Below are positions 27,438 to 35,700 of a stretch of 64,000 bases of DNA, piece after piece. The stretch is from Vulcanimicrobiota bacterium (GTDB lineage: Bacteria > Vulcanimicrobiota > Xenobia > Xenobiales > JADMJV01), in contig JBFWNU010000005.1 of NCBI GenBank assembly GCA_050250895.1, forward strand, positions 448,001 to 512,000, written 5' to 3'. The position numbers and the translations under genes were made by a program. How positions within the stretch are numbered: the stretch's first letter is position 1; every line of letters begins with the position of its first letter. The notes under the pieces were generated by a model. That model did not search any database, was not told where the DNA came from, and was given only the letters and a program-made list of their open reading frames with translations.

Positions 27438-28136
27438 TTACTGCTTGAGTTTGCGGGCGAAGTCGGTCATGGCCAGCAAGAGAAAGTGGCGCGAGCGATT
27501 GACCAGGTATTTCAGGCGGCGTTCGGGGGCGCCTTTGCACAGGGCCTTCAGGGCTTGCACGTGCAGCAGGATGAGATCGTCAGCGGCGGCACCTTTTTGG
27601 ACCAGTTTGGCGGCGACGGCCTCGGCGTTGCCGTGGTCTGACAGCCCATGGTCAGCCAGAAAGTTTTGGTATTCGTCGGCCATCTCGTCGGCCACCGCCG
27701 ACTTTTTGAGCTTGCTGATGCCGGTCAGAGACGACAGTTCCTGATTGACTTCGAGCACCCCCGCCTCGCCCCGGCGAACCGCGGCGTAGTTGATGGCTTT
27801 CTTGAGAGTATCCGGGCTGAGTTCGGTCTTCTTGAGAAAATCCTGGGCCCCGGCCTGCAGGCAGAGCATGCCGAGGCCGTCCTCGCCAGCGGCTGTGAGC
27901 ACCACGATCGGCACGTCGAATCCGGCCTGATGGATCCCAGAAACTGTCTCGAGGCCCTGGGCGTCGGGCAGCCCGAGGTCGAGCAGCACCACATCGAAGT
28001 CGTTCCTGCGAAGCTGGGCGATGCCTCCTGCCAGCGATTCCTCATGTGTGACCTGAGCGTCGGGCAACCCGAAGCCCACGTAGGATTCGATGATCATGGC
28101 CTGAGGAGCTGTGTCTTCGATCAGCAGAATATTCAT
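27438..28136 (-). CDS. response regulator (receiver + helical RsbU-N-like domain)
   Basis: ILLIED, DVVLLDLGLPD, PIVVLT and GAQDFLKK; the C-terminal helical domain has no HTH. Confidence 0.85.
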   Translation of the reverse strand: MNILLIEDTAPQAMIIESYVGFGLPDAQVTHEESLAGGIAQLRRNDFDVVLLDLGLPDAQGLETVSGIHQAGFDVPIVVLTAAGEDGLGMLCLQAGAQDFLKKTELSPDTLKKAINYAAVRRGEAGVLEVNQELSSLTGISKLKKSAVADEMADEYQNFLADHGLSDHGNAEAVAAKLVQKGAAADDLILLHVQALKALCKGAPERRLKYLVNRSRHFLLLAMTDFARKLKQ

Positions 28137-28198
28137 CCGTAAGCGGAGTTCGTGGCTCCGAGGCAGGGCCCTTTCCCTTTCCTAAGGAAAGTAGGTGG

Positions 28199-29296
28199 GT
28201 GACCAAAGTCAGAATACTTCTGATCGTCCTGATGCTGGGTCTTGTTACGGGCCTGAGCTGGGCGGATAAGCTGTACTATCTCAGACACCGTCCGGTGCAG
28301 GGCCGAGTCGTCGACGGCGAACTCTACATCGACCCTGAGCGCTTGCCAGACTACTTCGAACCGGCCGAGCTGCGTCGGATCCACACCAAAAGTGACCGCG
28401 TGACCGTCGACAACTCCAGCGCCGGCGAACTGGGTCCCGGAGGACTGGTGCCGGTATTGGCGGTGGCCAAGCGTCTGGGGTTCGTGGTGAAGTCGAATGA
28501 AGCGGCCGGCATCGTCGACATCATCCCGCCTCAGGCGATGATTCCCAACTCCGAGCGCCAGCTGGAACACGCCGTCAAACTCGATGGTAGCAAGCGCCAG
28601 GAGTATCAGTTTGCGGCCCTGCGCATGAAGAAGGTGCTCGAGAAGCTCAAGCCCTACGACGACCCGGAGTTCACCCGCCGCATTCGTACCATTGGCAAGA
28701 AGGTGGCCGACGCTTCTCCGCTGGCCGGGCTCGACTGGTATTTCTTGCTGGTCGACACCGAAGTGCCGAACGCGGCTTGCACGGGCGAGGGTTTTGTCTT
28801 CGTGACTCGAGGGCTGATGGAGATGGGGGTCACTGACGACGAACTGGCGGGAGTGTTGGGCCACGAGGTGGCCCACGGGGTCCGTCGACATCCCTTCAAG
28901 CGCCTGGATCTGATCCTCGAACTCAATCAGCTGGCAGTCGACTATCAAGCGCTCCAGGCCAGGGTCGAGGCCGCCGATACCAACGATGAAAGCAAGCTGG
29001 TGGGGCTGCGGGCCCAGATGGGACAGCTCGAGCGGAGGGCCAAGTCGCTGGCACACCGGCTCGAGAATCTGACGGAGTATGCGCGTAAGGATGAAGAAGA
29101 GGCAGACGTGTTAGGCATGCGCTACGCGGTCCTGGCCGGCTACACCGAAGGTGGCCTGGGGAGCTGTCTCGAGAAGCTGCAAAAGCAGATGGTGGCAAAG
29201 TTCGGCGAGGCTGTCCTGGCTGAGGATCTGAGTCACCCCCCGGTGGAACGTCGCCTCAAGATTCTCGACAAGGTTCGCGCCAGCTGGCATCGCTAA
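28199..29296 (+). CDS. secreted M48-family zinc metalloprotease
   Basis: Signal peptide, PNAA...G.VFVTRGL, ELAGVLGHEVAH, EEEAD and SHPP motifs. Confidence 0.9.
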   Translation: MTKVRILLIVLMLGLVTGLSWADKLYYLRHRPVQGRVVDGELYIDPERLPDYFEPAELRRIHTKSDRVTVDNSSAGELGPGGLVPVLAVAKRLGFVVKSNEAAGIVDIIPPQAMIPNSERQLEHAVKLDGSKRQEYQFAALRMKKVLEKLKPYDDPEFTRRIRTIGKKVADASPLAGLDWYFLLVDTEVPNAACTGEGFVFVTRGLMEMGVTDDELAGVLGHEVAHGVRRHPFKRLDLILELNQLAVDYQALQARVEAADTNDESKLVGLRAQMGQLERRAKSLAHRLENLTEYARKDEEEADVLGMRYAVLAGYTEGGLGSCLEKLQKQMVAKFGEAVLAEDLSHPPVERRLKILDKVRASWHR

Positions 29297-30294
29297 GGCT
29301 CCCAGAGCTCACCTACGATTGCCTCCGCTGCGGCAAGAGCTGCCAGGGCTGGCGAGTGCTGGCCGACGAGTCGGCTCGCCAACGATTGCAGGGGCATCCG
29401 CTGGTGGACAGGCAACGTCAAGCCGGATTCGAGCCTTTCGTGGAAGGACCCGATGGGCTTTTTCGCCTGGCTAACACCCACCAGCACGGCGCTTGCGTCT
29501 TTCTCGAGGGCAACGACTGCAGTCTGCACGCCCATAGCGGCGCCGAGATCAAGCCTCGCGCCTGTCGACAGTTTCCGTTCTTCTTCAAGGTCACACCGGA
29601 CGGGGTGTTCGTGGGCCTGTCCTTTCGCTGCACGGCCGTGCTGGCGGCTCACGGCCGGCCGCTCGAGGCTCACCGCGAGCATCTGCAAGCGCTGCTCGAC
29701 GGCGGCGACTATCCGCGGGCGGGGTTTGAGCCCATCCCGTTGTTCGGGCAGCAGACCATCGAGTGGGACGACTATCAACGACTAGAGCGGCGATTGGGTG
29801 ACAGTCTTACGGCCGAGGGCGCGCGGGCGGATCTGGCCTGGACGGCTCTCGAAGAATTGACCGGGCGGGTTGCCCCCGACCCCTACCGGCAACAGTGGCT
29901 CGCCGCCGCCGTGGTGGCCTGGCTTGAGCATTGCGAACCGGCGGAGGTGATTTCGGGGTCGTTTCGATCGGCACGATTTCCCTCAGGAGCCAGTCCGGGC
30001 CGAGTCGAAGGACTCGAGCAGCCTCTGTCGCGTTTTTTGGAGCATCTGCTCTTCCGCAAATACTTGTTGGGGCCCGCTCTACTGGGTCGGGCGGTGGTGT
30101 GGGTCGTGCTGCCGGCGGTGGCCCGCTTTTACGCTGGAGCCCGCGCCGCCGAACTCGGACAGGTCGCCTCAGCGGAGCACCTCGACTGGAGTTTGTCTGT
30201 GCTTGAGGGCGAACTGTTGGGGCACGTCGAAGAAAGCACCAGGTTCTACCAGGCCCTGGCAGAATTCTACTGGCAACCGGAGGTCAAGCCGTGA
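29284..30294 (+). CDS. YkgJ-family cysteine-cluster (Fe-S/Zn) protein
   Basis: The frame upstream of the ORF-track start encodes YDCLRCGKSCQGW, followed by CVFL...CSLH...KPRACRQFPF. The plausible start after the in-frame TGA at 29221 is CTG 29284. Confidence 0.8.
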   Translation: MASLRLPELTYDCLRCGKSCQGWRVLADESARQRLQGHPLVDRQRQAGFEPFVEGPDGLFRLANTHQHGACVFLEGNDCSLHAHSGAEIKPRACRQFPFFFKVTPDGVFVGLSFRCTAVLAAHGRPLEAHREHLQALLDGGDYPRAGFEPIPLFGQQTIEWDDYQRLERRLGDSLTAEGARADLAWTALEELTGRVAPDPYRQQWLAAAVVAWLEHCEPAEVISGSFRSARFPSGASPGRVEGLEQPLSRFLEHLLFRKYLLGPALLGRAVVWVVLPAVARFYAGARAAELGQVASAEHLDWSLSVLEGELLGHVEESTRFYQALAEFYWQPEVKP

Positions 30295-30500
30295 TTGAAT
30301 ATTTCGCAGCCCTCGAACCAGGGGTCCGCTGGACGGTGATCGGCGTGACCGGTGCCCTCTTTTTGTTGCTGTTGGCCCTGGTGGTTCTGAAGCTACGCAG
30401 CCGTTGGCTGGCAGGCAAAGAGCGCTGGGACGAAGCCCGGGCTAGCACCCGCTCGATGCGATTAGATATGCAAGATCGGGCCGGGGAGCTGCATCAATAG
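30291..30500 (+). CDS. small single-pass membrane protein
   Basis: GTGA overlap, GGAGG RBS, one TM helix. Confidence 0.6.
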   Translation: MIEYFAALEPGVRWTVIGVTGALFLLLLALVVLKLRSRWLAGKERWDEARASTRSMRLDMQDRAGELHQ

Positions 30501-30545
30501 GATTTCCCGCAACCGGACGGGAAACGCGCCCCGGGAGGTTTTTGC

Positions 30546-32759
30546 GTGTCCGATAATTCCACGCGCATGGAGATCCATGCGGAGTTAACGCGCGATCTCA
30601 CTTTGACTTCGGCTCTAGCTATCGGAGTGGGAACGATGATCGCGGCAGGAATCTTCACCCTCTCCGGGCTGGCCGTTCGCAACGTGGGGTCGTCTGCGAT
30701 TGTGGCCTTCCTGCTGGCCGCTCTGGTGGCCACCTTCACGGCTCTGACCTATTGCGAGTTCAGCTCCATCTATCCCGAGTCTGGAGAAGGTTATCTCTAC
30801 GCGCGCAAGACCTTCGCCCCGCCGGTGGCCTATTTTGTCGGCTGGGCTCTCTTTTTGGGCTACAGCTCTTCGTGCGCTTTTTATATCGCCAGTCTCTCCT
30901 CTTACTTTAACGAGTTCGTTTATGAGTGCGGCTTTGAGTCGATGGCCGGCCTCATTGGCCTGGTGCTGTTGACCATGCTCAATTTGAAGGGCACCAAGGA
31001 GTCTGGCAGTTTCCAGGTGATCGTGACCGGAGCCAAGATCCTGCTGTTGATCTGGTTTATCGGGGGCGGCTTGATGGCCATGGATACCGGCACCGTGGCC
31101 GAGCGCTTCAGTCACGATGCTTACAAGATTTTGCAAACGGCTGCGCTGGTGTTTATCACCTTCTTCGGTTTTTCCGCCATCGCCGCCTCGGCGGGAGAAG
31201 TTCAGGACCCCACCCGCAACATTCCCCGGGCGATCTTCATCTCGATGGGTCTGGTGACGGTGCTCTATACGCTGGTCATCCTTTCCATCGTCGGCGCCAA
31301 TCTCACCGAATACAGCGAGGCGGCCATGGGCAAGGCGGCCGAACTCTTTTTGGGCTCTGTTGGCGGCAAGGTGATCGTCGGCGGGGCGCTGTTTTCCATG
31401 ATCTCGGCCGCCAACGCCTCGATCATGGCCGGCTCGCGCGTGGTGTTGGCCATGAGCCAACTGGGGCACATGCCCGAGGTGATCGGAGGCATCTGGGCCA
31501 AGACCCGCACGCCGGCTGCCTCCATCTTGATGGTTTCGGGGGCCATCGGCGCCTTCGTGCTGATGCTGCATCTCGAAGAGTTGGCCCATTTTGCCGATGC
31601 CGTGCTGTTGTTGGCTCTGATTACGGTCAATTACGCCCTGATTGCCCATCGCAAGAAGTATCCCGACATGGAGCGGTTGTTCCGGGTGCCCGGCGTGCCG
31701 GTCACGCCGATTTTGGCCATGCTGGCCAACGGCTACCTCTTGCTCCAGGCGCTGGGTCATGCGCGGCCGGCTCTACTGACCGTGGTTTCCTTGCTGGCAG
31801 GGCTGTTAGCCTTCTTCGTCTGGAAGAGCAGCCAAGCCGAGGAGATGGCGATTCCGGGGGCCCCGTCCAAGGTGGCCCTGGTCGAGTCGGCGGTCACGCC
31901 GGGCGGCTTTCGGGTGCTGGTGCCCATCGCCAACCCGGCCACCGTGGACATGCTGGTCCAGGTGGCCGCCTCGGCCGCCGGCCCGGGCGGGGAAGTGGTG
32001 GCTGTGCGCGTGATTTCAGTACCCGAGCAACTGCCGCCCCAAAGTGGTCGCAAATATATCGAGCGCGAACGCAAGATTCTCGAGCAGGCCTATCAGAAAG
32101 GGGCCGAACTGGGGGTGGCCGTGACCTCGGTGGTGCGCATCGGCCACAACGTGGCCCGAGCCATTCTCGAGACCTCGCGGGAGCACCAGTGCCAACTGAT
32201 CGTGTTAGGGTGGAAGGGCTACTCGACTACGGCTCAGCGAATCCTGGGAGAGACGATCGATTCGGTAGTGTCCCACGCCCGGGCCGATATCATGCTGGTC
32301 AAGCTGAGCGAAAAGCCATTTGGCGGACGTATCTTGCTGCCCACCGCAGGCGGCACTCACGCTCGCAAAGCCGAAAGCTACGCTGCCCAACTGGCCAGCC
32401 GGCTGGCCAGCGAACACACTCTCACTCTGTGCTCGGTTACCTCTCCCGAGGCCCCCGACGAGTCGAGAAGAATCGTCTCGGAGCGGGTGGATTCGGCCGT
32501 GGCCCGAGTCAAGGCGCAGTATCCCGACCTCGAGGTACAGGGGCATCTGATCTCGCATGCCGACGTAACCCTGGGAATCCTCGAGGAAGCCCGCAACTTC
32601 GATGCCCTGGTGGTTGGGGCGGCGGGCCATAGCGTCTATCCCCAGATCTTGTTTGGCAACATCCCCGAGGCATTGGCCAAGCACTTCGACGGGCCCGTCA
32701 TCGTGGTCAAGAGCTACGACCGCGTCAAAGCGCTGGTGGGCCGAGTGATGGGGTCTTAG
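30546..32759 (+). CDS. APC-family amino acid permease fused to two universal stress protein domains
   Basis: GTMIAAGIF, GEGYLY and AGEVQDPTRNIPRA; ~12 TMs followed by VLVPIAN...LIVLGW and ILLPTAGG...LVVGA...FGNIPE USP domains. Confidence 0.9.
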   Translation: MSDNSTRMEIHAELTRDLTLTSALAIGVGTMIAAGIFTLSGLAVRNVGSSAIVAFLLAALVATFTALTYCEFSSIYPESGEGYLYARKTFAPPVAYFVGWALFLGYSSSCAFYIASLSSYFNEFVYECGFESMAGLIGLVLLTMLNLKGTKESGSFQVIVTGAKILLLIWFIGGGLMAMDTGTVAERFSHDAYKILQTAALVFITFFGFSAIAASAGEVQDPTRNIPRAIFISMGLVTVLYTLVILSIVGANLTEYSEAAMGKAAELFLGSVGGKVIVGGALFSMISAANASIMAGSRVVLAMSQLGHMPEVIGGIWAKTRTPAASILMVSGAIGAFVLMLHLEELAHFADAVLLLALITVNYALIAHRKKYPDMERLFRVPGVPVTPILAMLANGYLLLQALGHARPALLTVVSLLAGLLAFFVWKSSQAEEMAIPGAPSKVALVESAVTPGGFRVLVPIANPATVDMLVQVAASAAGPGGEVVAVRVISVPEQLPPQSGRKYIERERKILEQAYQKGAELGVAVTSVVRIGHNVARAILETSREHQCQLIVLGWKGYSTTAQRILGETIDSVVSHARADIMLVKLSEKPFGGRILLPTAGGTHARKAESYAAQLASRLASEHTLTLCSVTSPEAPDESRRIVSERVDSAVARVKAQYPDLEVQGHLISHADVTLGILEEARNFDALVVGAAGHSVYPQILFGNIPEALAKHFDGPVIVVKSYDRVKALVGRVMGS

Positions 32760-35700
32760 TTACCAGCGGCGAACCTGATTGAGGATCGAGCGAGAAACCT
32801 GGGCCCGCGCCACCAGCGAGGCCGGCAAAGACTGCCAGAGGCGAGCGGTGTTGTTGATCTCGACTTCGAGTTTCTGGGGTGGACTGAAGTCGCCCAGTGT
32901 GCGCGCCAGATAGCTAAAAGACGGTCCCAGTCTGGGCAAGAATTCGGGCGGGGTCGAGGTTCGCAGCGTTTTACCGGCCAGCAGCAAGCTGCGCACCAGG
33001 CGCGGTAAAGACGCATACCCGAAGCGCTCGACTTCTTGCTGGCAGAACAGGGCCGCCAGCACCATACACGAGGCGCGGTAGTGAGCGTGGGGGGTGTCGC
33101 TGAGCTTGCTGCCCAGTTTGAGAAACTGGTCGGGATAGTCGACCCATTTGCGGGCCGCGTCGTCGACGATAGCCAGCCCAACCGAGATGGTGGCGGGCAG
33201 AATCTCGTCGAGCCCGGGATGGTCGTGGTCAGCCGCCTCGACCACGCGCTCGAGCAGCTTTCTGGGCAGCATCTCCATCTCGGCCGGTAACCCTCCCGTC
33301 GCGATCAGGCTTTGGGTCAGGGCCAGTGCCCGAGGCAGGTCGATCTCGTCAGGAGCCTGATGCACCAGGCTGCGTAGCCAGTCGGTCCGCAGCCGCGAGT
33401 CGGTCGGATCGAGTTCGGCGAAAACTCGCGCAGCCTTGCCGAAAACCATCTGCGCCTCGTCCACCCGCTCGAGTTCGAGCAGCAGACTGGCCAGAGCCTG
33501 TTCGCATTCGACTGCCTCGAGTAACTTGTTCTGTTTTTGATACAGCTGACCGGCCTGCTCGAAATCTTCCAGCGCCCCTTCGGTGTCGCCAGTGCGCGCT
33601 CGCAGGCGGGCCCGGTTGGCCAGCACCTGGGCCGACAGGAGCGAGCCGCGCGTGTGGTCGTTGACCTCGAACAGATCATAGGCCTCGCCGTACTCTTCCA
33701 GCGCCTTCTCTTCGAAGCCCAGGGTCTCGAGGGTGGCGCCCCGGCTGCTGAAGGTGCGGGCCAACATTTCCGTGTGCTCGGTCAGACCTTTCTCGAGCAC
33801 CAGGGGTCGAAACAACTCGAGGGCTTTATCGAAATCGTCCAGGGCAGCTTCGACCTGCTCGAGGCGTGTTCGGGCAAAGCCTCGGTAGTGATAGCTTTGA
33901 GCCAACTCGGCCTGATATTCCAGGTTCCCCTGCACGGCCAGGGCCGAGAACAGTTCGACCAGCCGGCCGTAAAGGGTGATGGCGGCTTGATAGTCCTGCT
34001 TGCGCAGTTCGCGCAGCGCTCGCAGCTTGAGATTTTTACACAGACGGCTCACGGTAGCCATTTTGGCCTGATCGCCCTTAAGGCGCCCCGAGGCGAAAGC
34101 CTCGACCAGGTCCCGCACGGCCAGGTCGACCGCATCGGTCTCGATGAGGGCCCCGGCTCGGTGCAGTAGGGCCGTCGAGAGACGCTCGTGCCAGATCGGA
34201 TCGTTAGAGTCCTCACTGAGCCGCTTGTACATCTCGAGGGCGCGGGTGAAGTCATCGAGCGATTGGGCCGGCGAACCGACGGCGGCCACCAGGCGTCCGC
34301 GCCGGTCCAGCACGTCGGCGAGACGCGCCGTTTCGGCCAGGTCGCGGTAGTCGACCACCTTCAGGAAGAGATCCGCGGCCCGGCTGAGGTCATCGAGAGC
34401 TGCCTCGGTAGAGCCCAGCTGCTCGTAGCCCTGACTGCGCAACTCGAGGGCCTGGGCCAGACCCGTGGTGGTCAACGGCGACCCTTCTTCTTCGAGTCCC
34501 GAGTAGAGGGCGATCGCGCGGCTGGCCGCTCGGATTCCGGTCTCTTTTTCTTCGAGCTTGAAGCTCAGTTCGGCCTGACTGAGATGGCAGGCGGCCAGGT
34601 CACTGGCCAACTCGATGCGGCCCTCCTCTTCCACCAAGCGGGTGTAGAGGGCCACCGCCACCTGAAACTCTTCGGCGGCCTGCTGGGGCACCTCGCGTTC
34701 GAGATGGGCCTGTCCCAGGTTATTGTGGGCCACGGCTCGCTCGTGAAGGAAGTCGTCCTGGCGCTCTTCGCCAATCTCGTCCTCATAGATCTCGAGGGCT
34801 CGACTACAAGCTCGGATCGCTCCGGGTTCATCGCCCATCTCGAGGCAGCAGGCGCCCAGGCTACTCAAGGCCATGGCTAGCTCGGGCAGGCAGCCGTCGT
34901 CGCCCGAAACCACCGCCAATCGGTAGTCACCAGTGGCCGACTGATAGTCGTCGGCAGCCCGGGCGAGGCGGCCCTGAGAGCGCTGCAACGTGCCGCGGCA
35001 GACGAAGGCGAAGGCCCGGGTGGGATAGAGGTCTTCTTGCAGCTCGACATCGACCAGGCGATTGAGGATCTCGACGGCGCGGTCGAAATTCTCCAGCGCC
35101 TCTTCGAAGCGCTCTTCCTGGTACAGGACGAGGCCGCGGTTGGTATAGGTCGTAGCCAGGTCGGTGCGCACGTCCAGGCGACCTTCAGACACCAGATAGG
35201 TGCGAATGGCCACGGCCGAGGCATAGTCCTTTTCGGCCTCTTCAAAATTGCTGAGGCGGTGCAGGGCGGCCCCGCGGTCATTGTATACAGCCGCCAAATC
35301 GTTGCGCAGACTCTCGTAGTCTTCTTCATTGACCAACTGCTCGAACAAGTCAAGGCCCAGCGTAGCCTCGCGCACGGCCAGCTCGGCGTCACCCATCTCG
35401 AGCATCAGGCACGAGCGGGAGTGATGCGCCTGGGCCAGTTCTCGGCGCAGCCGGCGGGCGCGATCGATCTCGACGAGCCGGGCATAGTAGTCCACCGCCC
35501 GATCGAAGTCTTCCAGAGCGTCAGGCAACTCGCGGCGGGCGCGGTGAACCAGGCCCCGGTTGTGGATGGCCAGGGCTAGCAAAGCCTTGAGCTCTTCGCG
35601 ATTCTGCTCCTCGACCACGATCGTGTAGTGGTGAACCGCCTGCTCGGCGTCGGTCAGGGCTGGACCCACCTGACCCAGCTCGCGGCAGGCTTCGCTGCGC

